Assembly (NCBI GenBank): GCA_964019425.1
Contig: OZ025805.1
Span: 62,001 to 126,000, forward strand
Length of the DNA: 64,000 nt
Source: Flectonema sp. DT1601
Taxonomy: Eukaryota
Direction of reading: 5' to 3'
The position numbers and the translations under genes were made by a program. The number at the start of each line of letters is the position of its first letter. Positions within the stretch are counted from its first letter, which is position 1. The notes under the pieces are model-generated. The model was not told the DNA's origin. It did no database searches and was given only the letters and a program-made list of their open reading frames with translations. Below, piece after piece: positions 1-9,893 of the stretch.

Positions 1-815
1 ATTAAATTAATGAACATACCAAGAGTCTTCTTCGTCGGTACATACCCAGCCAATGATCCAGTTGCACCCCTACAGGCTACATACACAAATAAAAATTCAC
101 TTTGTTGCCTCTCTTGCATAATTCTTTTTTGCTGATTAATCTGCAGTTTTACAGTGTCAGTTGGAAGTTTTTTTGGAGGGGGAGATTCCTGTTCGGTGGG
201 TGGTACGAGAGTTGGACAATTCCAAAAGTAGGTAGACTCGTCAATGAGAGCCATGATGTTACTTTTTGTGGGTACTTTTGAGAGGTCCGTTGATCGTGGA
301 TGCCAGCACTCGGTTATGAATCCTCGACTCCCAAGTAGTTTACATAATTCAAGTGATTCTGATGGGATGGCAGGTACTTCAGGAGTGTCAAGAGGATAGT
401 CGTCAATTAATATTACGATTGCTCGCTTAGCTCTCCAATCTCTGAGACACCTTCTGCTCAATACAAAATTCCTGTGAAGAGGAATCACATGTCGGAATGC
501 GAATTGAATCTTCCTGACCGCAGAAATAGTTCTCTCAGACTTATCAATCTTTTCTTCTTCAACTTTCCGAAGTTCCTCTTGTCGTGCCAATCTCGTCGCT
601 TGTCTCTCCGCATATCTATAACGATATTGGTTGCCGTAGCACCACTCAATTCGTTTTTTTTCACACTTTTTACAGAGGCATCTCGGATCTATTAATCTAT
701 CTAACATGTGTTCTTGTTCAACGTGATAAACATCAAATAGTTTTCGAAGGAAACTCGTAGCATCTTGAAGTTTTATTTCATACTTTTCTCCAGAACTCTT
801 TTTTCGTTTACTCAT
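1..815 (-). CDS. Hypothetical protein, 5' part only (runs off window edge); possible degenerate caspase/metacaspase-like domain
   Basis: Manual translation from ATG at 815 gives an uninterrupted frame to position 1 (MSKRKKSSGEKY...RAIVILIDDY...LCKLLGSRGF...PTKSNIMALI...FLFVYVACRG). Absent from the ORF track because the stop is outside the window. Confidence 0.7.
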   Translation of the reverse strand, partial: MSKRKKSSGEKYEIKLQDATSFLRKLFDVYHVEQEHMLDRLIDPRCLCKKCEKKRIEWCYGNQYRYRYAERQATRLARQEELRKVEEEKIDKSERTISAVRKIQFAFRHVIPLHRNFVLSRRCLRDWRAKRAIVILIDDYPLDTPEVPAIPSESLELCKLLGSRGFITECWHPRSTDLSKVPTKSNIMALIDESTYFWNCPTLVPPTEQESPPPKKLPTDTVKLQINQQKRIMQERQQSEFLFVYVACRGATGSLAGYVPTKKTLGMFINL

Positions 816-906
816 ATATAAGTAGTTCACTGACTGAGATGAAAATAATAAAAACAAACTTTTCAACAAAAAAAAACATCAAAAAGTAGAAAAAACCTCA
901 ATTTAT

Positions 907-2139
907 TTACGCAGCTATAACCTTATCTGATATGAGTGAATCTATTTCACTTTCATTGAGTCCTAAAACATCTGTTAAAGTACTGCGTGTGTTCTGTGAG
1001 TATGTCGGAGCTGCTGTAAGTGTTTGCGAAGTATCACTCGATTCACAACTAGGAAACGATGCAGCAGACTGACGCAATCCTAGATACTCTCCTTCGGAAG
1101 ATCGAACAACAAGGTTACTAATCTCAGGAATAGTTGTGAAGACATCACCAACAGTGTTGATCGCACCAGCTGGAACAGATGCTGCTTGCAACTTAGAAAG
1201 CAGATCTGAACGCTCATATTTCTTAATAGCGGGGATCAGATGTGCTTTACATGATTCTCTGTTACGAACACGTTGAGGGTTAGTTTTGTGATCATCCAAG
1301 ACTGGTATTTGTAACGTTCTACAGAGCTCACTGTATTGTTTATCAGAACCAATTGCGAGAACAACTTGACTTCCTGTTTTCGTATCAAAAACAGTTCCAT
1401 AAGGACATATTGAAGGATGGTCTGATCCAATTCGTTTTGGTTCTACACCACAATGAAGATAGCTAGCTGCCTGGTTTGTCAATGCAGAGACTGCTGACTC
1501 AATTAGTGAAACTGAAACATGAGATCCCAAACCAGTACGCTCACGATTCCACAACGCAAGTAGAATAGCTTGTTTGAGCTGATGACTTGAGAGGACATCC
1601 ATTAAGGCTACTGGTATCTTTGTAGGTTGACCATCAGGATAGCCATTTAAGTATTGAAAACCAGATTCTGCCTGAACTACAGCATCATAACCTGCCCTGA
1701 ACGTATCCTCTCCGTATCCTGTGACACTCGCATACACAATCTTTTGGTTTACAGCTTTAAGAGACTCGTAGTCCATGAATAACTTTTTAGCATCACCAGG
1801 TTTATAACTCGTGATTACTACGTCTGCCTGACCAATCAATTTATTTATTAATTCTCGTCCCTTCTTATGTTTCGCGTTAACTGAAATACACTTCTTTCCC
1901 ATATTTACGGATGTGTAGTACGCAGATATCGATGACGTCGGATCTTCAGAGGGTAATTTCCACGTCCGCGTGACATCTCCTCCTCCCGTAGTACTTTCAA
2001 TCTTTATCACATCTGCTCCCAGCTCACCTAAGTACTGTCCCGTACTGGGTCCTGCTAACACACTAGCAAGCTCTACAACTCGCATTCCTTTCATAAGCTG
2101 CGGAGGAGCAGTTACTAGAGCCGTGATAGTTCTTCTCAT
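907..2139 (-). CDS. Family III (CaiB/BaiF) CoA-transferase, probably mitochondrial
   Basis: Motifs GMRVVELASVLAGP, LGELGADVIKIE, GYDAVVQAESG, CPYG. Likely ATG at 2139 (MRRTITAL, presequence-like). Confidence 0.93.
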   Translation of the reverse strand: MRRTITALVTAPPQLMKGMRVVELASVLAGPSTGQYLGELGADVIKIESTTGGGDVTRTWKLPSEDPTSSISAYYTSVNMGKKCISVNAKHKKGRELINKLIGQADVVITSYKPGDAKKLFMDYESLKAVNQKIVYASVTGYGEDTFRAGYDAVVQAESGFQYLNGYPDGQPTKIPVALMDVLSSHQLKQAILLALWNRERTGLGSHVSVSLIESAVSALTNQAASYLHCGVEPKRIGSDHPSICPYGTVFDTKTGSQVVLAIGSDKQYSELCRTLQIPVLDDHKTNPQRVRNRESCKAHLIPAIKKYERSDLLSKLQAASVPAGAINTVGDVFTTIPEISNLVVRSSEGEYLGLRQSAASFPSCESSDTSQTLTAAPTYSQNTRSTLTDVLGLNESEIDSLISDKVIAA

Positions 2140-2399
2140 ATTAAATATCTGTGAATACAAGATGGACTTGTTTGTGTACTGAAACCGCCGCACTACTAAA
2201 AACTATTATCAGCCTGAGTCCACCTCTTCAGAGAAGATGAGAAGAAATAATTGATTTTATGACTGAGAACTGGCCCTCCCAACCGATATTCAAGTCCAAG
2301 CACCTTCGAATTACAGCCTGGTTGCAAGGCAACACTCCTAACCTTTTTATTTATTCCTAACCCACCGAGGTAATCTCTTCCAACAAGGGAGAAATTCAG

Positions 2400-2560
2400 A
2401 TCCCAAAGTAACTGTATTGACGAGACCGGACAAGTCAATGCGTTTGAGAAACAGGAAAATGATCAGAGAGTTATCACCAATTGATATGTAGACATTCATC
2501 AGCATTGATAAGTCGAGTTCGGTAACAACAACAAAACCACAAGTCTCCGATGATACGAAC
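2400..2560 (-). pseudogene. Degraded LRR (BspA/LRR_5-like) gene fragment
   Basis: Translates to ELDLSMLMNVYISIGDN...IDLSGLVNTVT. DNA is homologous to the plus-strand fragment at 47691-47720 (IDLSGLVNTVS). Confidence 0.55.
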
Positions 2561-2717
2561 ATTTCGCAGCAGATGATAAGAACGTTTTTCAATGCGGGAA
2601 TATTTTCCATCGATCTTGCGGATTGCATTCGATGCTGCGGAAACTTTACTCGTTGGATCCCTCGCAAGCAATGGAAAGCAACCATTTTGCAGACAAAAAT
2701 AATGACTAACCCAGAAA

Positions 2718-5700
2718 TGATTTAAATAAGTTAATATTAAAACACCCCGACATCTCACATGACCAAACTGAGATATTAACAGTAGTACTTCAATCTAATC
2801 CGCCATTGACAATTCACAATGTTTACCACCCGCCTGAAATCAAGGCAACAACCTGGAAGTTCAAAACAGAGCCCGGCACATTGATTGCGGGTGACATTAA
2901 TGGACACCATTCAACTTGGTCAAATGGTAATACGAACACCACTGGTAACAGCTTCTACGATTGGTCACTAGAAGCAACAATTAAAATTCTAAATAAACCT
3001 CAACAACACACAAGACCACAAAGCTCAGCTTCTCCGGATGTAATTGCATTAGATATTTCAATAGATGCACAAATCGAACTCATGAAGGGATGGGGCAGCG
3101 ATCACCTGCCACTCAAACTGACAATCGAAGATATCAAAACAGATGAATATTCAAAAGAGAGTTCTGGGACATGGAAATGGAAGTGGCATTGTGCCGATTG
3201 GAATTATTATAAAATATTGTTGGAAAGGGCAGCGCCCAAATTAGAAAGAATTAAGAAGGTGCAGAAACTTGCTAATAGGATCAACAACGAGATTCTGAGA
3301 GCAGCGAGTAGGGCCATCCCAGGCTACAACAAAAAGTCAAGTAGTACCTTCGCTGTGAGGGATTCAGAATTGGAAGATTTAATGGCAGAGACTGACCCTG
3401 ATAAGACAGACTCAGAAGCAATTGAAAGAGGTATCAACATGATCAAACAGAAGATCATTGAGTGCGACATGACTGGAATGGACTACCGATGGGCCTTTAG
3501 AAAAGTTAAACAACTGGAAGGTAGAATGATGGACCATTCAATTACTAAGATTGTCGACGGTGAGAAGGAATTAACCGACTCGCGGGAGATGGCAGATGTC
3601 TTCACCAAAACATACGCAGACCAATTCAAATTCGAAGACGGTGAAACAACCTTACAAGGAATACCTGATGACAACTCGGTGGAATTTGGAATGCCTGAAC
3701 TGGAACGACAAATTTCAAAAACAAAGGAGAAGAAGGCACCTGGACCTGACCACATCTGGAACTCGATGTTAAAACAACTTCCAAAAGCTTTCCTCGAGCA
3801 ACTACTAAGACTATTCAACCTCTCATGGCAACGATCAGCAGTACCCAGGTGCTGGAAAAGTGGAATGGTAATACCCATACTGAAACCTGATAAAGACAAG
3901 AAACAAGTCCTATCGTACAGACCGATAGCACTAACCTCGACCGTCTCGAAACTCTTTGAAAGAATGGTCGTAGAACGGATGCACCACCTGTTGAAAGACA
4001 GAATGAATCCGAGGCAAGCAGCCTACAAACGAGGACGGGATTCCATTGAAAATCTCTGTATAGTTACAGACAAACTCAAAAGTGCCAAGGCAATGGGAGA
4101 AGAAGCGATATTAATCACCTTCGACCTACAAAAAGCCTTCGATGCAGTTCAACCGGTAACTCTTCTAAATAAGATGTCCAAAATAGGACTACCAACGAAA
4201 TATCTACGGTGGGTTCAAAACTACTTGACTAGTAGGAAGATTTCAACAAGGGTGAATGGAGTGAAGGGAGCATTCCGGAACATTCGAGTAGGAGTACCAC
4301 AAGGAAGCGTGCTGGGACCCCAGTTATTCTCTATCTTCATAAATGATTTGATAGATAAACTAGAGATGTACGAACCGACTGTCTTTGCAGATGATGTTGG
4401 AATAGTAATAACCGCGGGCACTGTCAGCTGTTTAGAAAACAAGGTTAACAACGCAGTCAAAATATTTGAAAGGTGGGCACTTGACTCACACATCAAAATC
4501 AATAAGAACCCTGGCAAGACGGAATACATTCACGTGAGGCCAAGTGGAACACATGACAAGTCCCCAGTAGTAGTATACTCTGAAGAACACACATTTAAAT
4601 ATGTGGTGGCCACGGCAGAACAAATGAGTAACCTTGTGAAGGATGATAACTCAACAACTGTAGCTTCAAAAGAAGAATTCGCCATCACTCACCTGTATGT
4701 CGTTCCAAAACATAAGATCAAAGTCAAGCTACCGAACAAACCGGCGGTACTGAAAACAATGAAGATGAGTGCCCGCTTCCCACAACTGAAGAAAGTCCAC
4801 AACAAGGCAGAAATAGATAAGATGCTGGAAAGAGTGGGACCCGGATTACACGGATTTGCCTATGCGGTTGGACGAAAAGTTCACAAGACGAATACCGTGC
4901 GGTATCTAGGCGTACATTATGACGAGAAGTTAACCTTTAAGTCGCAAATTCAAAAGATGATGACAGCTGCTTCCAAGGGTCTAGGCTTGTTGGTTAGACT
5001 CACCAGGATAGGCTGCAGAAAGAGGACACTCATCAGTATACTGGTGACGGTGGTGTTAGCAAGGGTGCTTTATGGTGTTGAAAGCTTTGCTTGGATGCTA
5101 CCAAAAGAGTGCTTCGAACAACTGGAATTACTGGTAAACAGGGCAGTGAGGCTGGTAACTGGATGTCTGCGGAGCACCAAACTACAGAGACTTTACAAAG
5201 AAGCCGATACGCCAAGACTAAAGGAACACATCCAGTATAAGATGTGTAGAACTTATGAACGTTTCAAATTGAGTCCGTTCCTACCGACTCGCAAGCTGAC
5301 GAGAACAGGGAGTTCAGAATTATTTCAAAAATCGAAATGGGGATGGAATGTCTGGATAGACTATGTCTCTGGTGTCCCTGGCCTTGACAACTACCGGAGC
5401 ATTACCAACCTGGAAGTGAACCCAGAACACTACACTGTCCCTCCATGGAAAAGTACTAATGCGATGAAATTCACATATTCACGCAACAAGGAAGAGGCTG
5501 AACAGCGAGAAACTGAATTACCAGCTCACGAGATGAAAGTCTACACTGACGGGTCGATAAGACACAAACCCAACACGTACATGACAGACGCGGCTGCCGC
5601 TGTGGTCATGGTTAACGAAAGCAAGATGCGTCTACTTGGATATAAAATACCAGTAGCGGGTTCCTCTTATAGGACCGAGCAGATTGCAGTGAAACTGGCG

Positions 5701-6686
5701 TTGGAAAATTTAGTTCAGGTGGCGGAGGATGAACATGAATCTCTAACAACAACGACGCACCTGTTGACTGATTCGATGTCAGTCATGCAGGCATTGGAAC
5801 AAGGGCCATATAAACAAAGGTCCCCAATGAACAAAAAGATCTGGAAGTTGGCAATGAAACTGGAGAAGAAGGGAATCCAAGTCAACATGCAGTATGTACC
5901 GGCACACAGAAACGTGCGGTACAACGAAGTAGCGGACCAACTGGCGAAATTCGCTGCAGGCCTGAAGGAAGATCCACCTCACGAAGATGTTATTATTAAA
6001 CAACTGCCCACTCAACTTGACATGGGAACATTGATGACGTTTCACAAGCGGAGAAAACGGGAGAACTGGATCGGACCGGGAGAGGTAAGACACCCTCCGT
6101 ACATCGAAGCTCTAACACGACCAGAGGAAGTACTGATGTCACGCTTTAGAGTGGGACATTGTAGATCTCTGATAATCAAAGGACTGAACGAGCTGTGCTT
6201 TTTCTGTAAACTTGGAAAGGCGACAGCACATCATGTATTATTTATATGCGAACATTGGTGTATAGAAACCTTGAGAGAAAAATACATCAGTCACATGATG
6301 AATGACAAGGGAGAGGAAGCATGCCAACTGGAGGACTGCTACTTACCTGCGAATCAACAGCAGATGACTGGTTTTGTCACAACCTTAGACAGACTGGCAC
6401 AACTATTAGGACGGTAGTATTATTAAAACATCGACATTTCGAATATCAACATTGAAGGCATCATTGCAACACATCTGAAGTCGTCCAAGTGGACAATTAA
6501 TTATGTAGTATTAGTTTTAAGTTATCAAAACAAAGAAAGGAGATACGAAGCCTACGGGATTCCCACCCCCAACCCCCAAAACAAAGAAAGTAAGAAAGAA
6601 AGAAAGAAAAAGAACAGCCGCGCCTAACAGCGCAAACAGCATCACAGACTCACGGGTCGTGGTGCACTCAAAAAAAAAAAAAAAAA
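2718..6686 (+). mobile_element. Non-LTR retrotransposon A (APE-RT-RNase H; I/Ingi-like), 5'-truncated
   Basis: 14-bp TSD GACTAACCCAGAAA at 2704-2717 and 6687-6700; A17 tail at 6670-6686; ORF starts within the APE domain. Confidence 0.93.
2806..6417 (+). CDS. Retrotransposon A polyprotein: partial APE endonuclease, RT, RNase H, C-terminal CCHC
   Basis: APE motifs IAGDINGHH, SPD, GSDHLP; RT motifs YRPIALTS, DLQKAFD, GVPQGSVLGP, FADD, YLGV; RNase H motifs VYTDGS, LTDS, VPAH..NEVADQLAK; CFFC...H...C. Frame is open from about 2719 with no ATG. Confidence 0.93.
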   Translation: MTIHNVYHPPEIKATTWKFKTEPGTLIAGDINGHHSTWSNGNTNTTGNSFYDWSLEATIKILNKPQQHTRPQSSASPDVIALDISIDAQIELMKGWGSDHLPLKLTIEDIKTDEYSKESSGTWKWKWHCADWNYYKILLERAAPKLERIKKVQKLANRINNEILRAASRAIPGYNKKSSSTFAVRDSELEDLMAETDPDKTDSEAIERGINMIKQKIIECDMTGMDYRWAFRKVKQLEGRMMDHSITKIVDGEKELTDSREMADVFTKTYADQFKFEDGETTLQGIPDDNSVEFGMPELERQISKTKEKKAPGPDHIWNSMLKQLPKAFLEQLLRLFNLSWQRSAVPRCWKSGMVIPILKPDKDKKQVLSYRPIALTSTVSKLFERMVVERMHHLLKDRMNPRQAAYKRGRDSIENLCIVTDKLKSAKAMGEEAILITFDLQKAFDAVQPVTLLNKMSKIGLPTKYLRWVQNYLTSRKISTRVNGVKGAFRNIRVGVPQGSVLGPQLFSIFINDLIDKLEMYEPTVFADDVGIVITAGTVSCLENKVNNAVKIFERWALDSHIKINKNPGKTEYIHVRPSGTHDKSPVVVYSEEHTFKYVVATAEQMSNLVKDDNSTTVASKEEFAITHLYVVPKHKIKVKLPNKPAVLKTMKMSARFPQLKKVHNKAEIDKMLERVGPGLHGFAYAVGRKVHKTNTVRYLGVHYDEKLTFKSQIQKMMTAASKGLGLLVRLTRIGCRKRTLISILVTVVLARVLYGVESFAWMLPKECFEQLELLVNRAVRLVTGCLRSTKLQRLYKEADTPRLKEHIQYKMCRTYERFKLSPFLPTRKLTRTGSSELFQKSKWGWNVWIDYVSGVPGLDNYRSITNLEVNPEHYTVPPWKSTNAMKFTYSRNKEEAEQRETELPAHEMKVYTDGSIRHKPNTYMTDAAAAVVMVNESKMRLLGYKIPVAGSSYRTEQIAVKLALENLVQVAEDEHESLTTTTHLLTDSMSVMQALEQGPYKQRSPMNKKIWKLAMKLEKKGIQVNMQYVPAHRNVRYNEVADQLAKFAAGLKEDPPHEDVIIKQLPTQLDMGTLMTFHKRRKRENWIGPGEVRHPPYIEALTRPEEVLMSRFRVGHCRSLIIKGLNELCFFCKLGKATAHHVLFICEHWCIETLREKYISHMMNDKGEEACQLEDCYLPANQQQMTGFVTTLDRLAQLLGR

Positions 6687-6759
6687 GACTAACCCAGAAA
6701 AAACATGCAAACGAGACTATATGAAAAACCCGATCAAATAAATAAATAAAAACCCGATC

Positions 6760-9700
6760 TCTCCTGAGAATTATTAACACTTCCTGGAAGACTTCAAAAG
6801 TACCGTACCAATGGAAACAGGGACTAATCAAGCCCATGTTCAAGGCAGGGAAACCTCGTAATGAACTAAAGAGTTTCAGACCAATAACGCTCACCTCGGT
6901 TGTTGGGAAACTTGCGGAGAGGCTCGTGTATGACCGACTCATGCACTGGCTCACAAAACATTCGTCGCTCAGCCCACTACAGGCTGGATTCAGAAAGGGG
7001 AGAAATACCTGCGAGCAGATCACCGTTCTAGTAGATGCTATCGTAAGGAGCCACATGGAAGAAAAGAGATCAGTGTTCTTGTCATTCGACTTTACTGCTG
7101 CGTTTGACAGGATCAACCATAAGATACTTTTATTAAAATTAGTAAAGATGGGTGTTCCGAATGTTATTATCAGATGGATCACAGACTTTCTTACAAACAG
7201 GAAGGTTAGAGTTGAAGCGAATGGGCATTTTAGCGAATTCCGTACTCTGGCTAAGGGGGTTCCCCAGGGATCGATCCTGGGTCCTCTTCTCTATCTTATC
7301 TACGTTGATGACCTCTGCAAGATTTTGGAACTAGAGAAGGAAACAACGACGTCTGCTCTGTATGCGGATGACACAGCATGTGTGGTGTCAGGATCAAACA
7401 TGGAAGAAGCTCTTTCGAATGCTCAGTTAGTACTCGACAAAGTGGATCAATGGTGTTTTGAAAACGACATGGCCTTATCAGTCTCCAAAACCTGTGCGCT
7501 TAAGATGAATGTTCGCTCGAAGGGCATAGTACTAAACGATACGTGTAATCGCGAACTGCTTTTCTCTAGATCTGTTGAGGAACGCATGCTTAAACTTGAC
7601 TATGGTGACATCGAGAAGCATATCAATCTCAAATCACCCAGACCCATGCTTCAAAGTGGCGAAACTATTCTTGAAATTGGAGGAATCCCAATCAAGACAC
7701 AAGAAGAACTCGACAACTTGATGCTGCAATACGTCGTTCGTGAGGACAGCATTATGGTTGTGAGAGCAATATTCAAAACTGCCTTTCTGTTACCGATAGT
7801 CGACTCAGTAAAATACCTCGGGGTTCACATCGACGACAGGCTCACCTTCCACAAACAAGTAGGCAAGATTCACGAAGAATTAAAGAGGGGGATATCACTT
7901 CTGCAGTGCCTCCAGCCGTACGAACTGGACTACAAGACTCTTAACATGGTTAAGAACCTTTATGTAACCGCGAGAATCTCGTATGCGCTTGACAGTTTTG
8001 GTTGGCTGATAAGCAGCAGCGTTGACAGCATCGACTTCGAACTGAGGAAGGTCGCCAGACTGGTTACTGGATGCAGCAAGTGTACGCCAAGAGAGTTACT
8101 GTTGTGGGAGTCTGACATGTATCCTTTTAAACGTCAGATTGAAAAGCAGACAAAAATTGCGTACTACCGGTATAAAGCCATGACTTGGATACCTAATACA
8201 AACAGACTCGCCTCAACACAAAGCTACTGGGCTGGCCTAATCCCTGGCACTGATAGTCAGCGTGAAAGCCAGTGCCTTGTGCAGCCTGACTCGATGGAAC
8301 CCTGGGTATCTCCGACGAACCTTAGGATTAGCAACAGCTGCGGATTTCCGAAGTCCGCGAACCCTGCGGTGGACAAAGAAAAGTTCATGTCGTACATTGG
8401 AACGTTGCCTCCTGTCGACATGGTAATCAACTGCGATGGCTCCTACTCTGCTTCCGGCGCGGCCGGTGCGGCTCATATTGCCAAGTCACGTAGCGGCCTT
8501 CGATCTGCTTACGCGTCTAGGCTTTATCAAGCTGACTGCAGCTACAGGGCTGAACAACATGCTCTGAAGAACGCGGCTAGACATCTGAGAACAGTGTTTA
8601 GCAAAGATCGTTCAATGAAATCTGTGAGGATATTCACGGACTCAAAATCCCTTCTGGATGAACTGCTGGGTGGAAGGTGCAGACAGAGGAATACCGAGTC
8701 CCTCAAGATACTGGAATACCTGCGCATGTGTGAGATGAAAGTGCATTTGCAATTCATCCCCTCGCACATTGGAATCGAGTTTCACGATGAAGTTGACGCG
8801 CTTGCAAAGGAAGCAGCGCACAACAAGAACATCCGACCTGTGCTAGTCAAAGGCACGTACTTCTCGCGATCATCACATGTGAAGCGCTGCATCAAAAAGG
8901 ATCTGCTTAACGTGAGTGGTTACACCTGCTACAAACACCTCATCAGAGGCCGTTCAGTTAAATACCCTCCTGGGATGGAAAGAGCCGACGAGATACGGAT
9001 AGCGAACTTCCGGACAGGATGTCACCCGCTAATTCAGAACTGGCGCAAGACGATCGACTGCCCATTTTGTGGCGAACCGTCCTCACAGGTTCACCTGCTG
9101 CAGGGATGTCAATCTCCCAAACTCGACTCTGCCAGGTTCAAAATCCTGGGCTTCTCAACACTGACCGGCAAGTGGGATCGCGATCGAGAACTTATTATTG
9201 CCAACGAAATTCCTAACCTTGAAGCTCTCTTCACTTTGGCGTGGCTTCCATCACTCGCGTTGATCATAAGGTGGATGGAACAAACATCTAACCTTAGACT
9301 TTGGAAGTAAAGTAGGTGACATGTAGTCGCCAATATCAATTTGTTATTATTTTTAGTATTTTCATCATTATCAATCATCTCCTGGTTGGGTAACTGCACA
9401 TCACCTTCGGTGTTGTCGCAGTGTCTCATCCAACACTCCTGTCTCCTTTTTCTCCTATTCTCCTTATAAATTTCTCTTGAGGGCAGGCCTTCGGGCTGTT
9501 CAAGTGGTCTTTGACCACCGCTCTAGTTATATGCTCGACTCTTTGTTTTCCTTATCGATGGTAGGAATGGTAACCGAATTAGCTTCGTGTGTCCAATTTC
9601 AAGGACGCGTGACCATTTATTTTTTCCGTTGCCGCTCTTCTTACGTCCTCAGGCGGAGCCTACCTATGTTTCCCGTGTTTTCCAATTTGTCAGACTTAAG

Positions 9701-9800
9701 TCAAAAAGAAAGTATAAAAGAAAGACAAAACATAGAAGTGAAAAGAACAAAAAACAAAGAGTTTGGTAGCACAGACGAGTGTAACCAAAAAAAAAAAAAA
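6760..9800 (+). mobile_element. Non-LTR retrotransposon B (RT-RNase H; I/Ingi-like), 5'-truncated
   Basis: TSD AAAAACCCGATC at 6748-6759 and 9796-9807 (overlaps poly(A) 9787-9800). Coding frame begins at 6761 (LLRIINTSW...); ~475-nt 3' UTR. Confidence 0.92.
6761..9310 (+). CDS. Retrotransposon B RT-RNase H-CCHC ORF (N-terminally truncated)
   Basis: FRPITLTS, DFTAAFD, GVPQGSILGP, YADD, KYLGV; RNase H motifs NCDGS, FTDSKS, IPSHIG..DEVDALAK; CPFC...H...C. Confidence 0.92.
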   Translation, partial: LLRIINTSWKTSKVPYQWKQGLIKPMFKAGKPRNELKSFRPITLTSVVGKLAERLVYDRLMHWLTKHSSLSPLQAGFRKGRNTCEQITVLVDAIVRSHMEEKRSVFLSFDFTAAFDRINHKILLLKLVKMGVPNVIIRWITDFLTNRKVRVEANGHFSEFRTLAKGVPQGSILGPLLYLIYVDDLCKILELEKETTTSALYADDTACVVSGSNMEEALSNAQLVLDKVDQWCFENDMALSVSKTCALKMNVRSKGIVLNDTCNRELLFSRSVEERMLKLDYGDIEKHINLKSPRPMLQSGETILEIGGIPIKTQEELDNLMLQYVVREDSIMVVRAIFKTAFLLPIVDSVKYLGVHIDDRLTFHKQVGKIHEELKRGISLLQCLQPYELDYKTLNMVKNLYVTARISYALDSFGWLISSSVDSIDFELRKVARLVTGCSKCTPRELLLWESDMYPFKRQIEKQTKIAYYRYKAMTWIPNTNRLASTQSYWAGLIPGTDSQRESQCLVQPDSMEPWVSPTNLRISNSCGFPKSANPAVDKEKFMSYIGTLPPVDMVINCDGSYSASGAAGAAHIAKSRSGLRSAYASRLYQADCSYRAEQHALKNAARHLRTVFSKDRSMKSVRIFTDSKSLLDELLGGRCRQRNTESLKILEYLRMCEMKVHLQFIPSHIGIEFHDEVDALAKEAAHNKNIRPVLVKGTYFSRSSHVKRCIKKDLLNVSGYTCYKHLIRGRSVKYPPGMERADEIRIANFRTGCHPLIQNWRKTIDCPFCGEPSSQVHLLQGCQSPKLDSARFKILGFSTLTGKWDRDRELIIANEIPNLEALFTLAWLPSLALIIRWMEQTSNLRLWK

Positions 9801-9816
9801 CCCGATCCGGCCAGGC

Positions 9817-9888
9817 GGCGGCTTAGCTCAGTGGTAGAGCATTGGTCTTGTAAACCAAGGGTCGAGAGTTCGATCCTCTCAGTCGCCT
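9817..9888 (+). tRNA. trnT-UGU: tRNA-Thr(UGU)
   Basis: Cloverleaf: acceptor GGCGGCT/AGTCGCC, D arm GCTC/GAGC, anticodon arm TTGGT-CT-TGT-AA-ACCAA, T arm GAGAG-TTCGATC-CTCTC. Confidence 0.97.
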
Positions 9889-9893
9889 TTTTT
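9888..9893 (+). terminator. RNA polymerase III oligo(T) terminator
   Basis: T6 run directly after the tRNA acceptor stem. Confidence 0.8.
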
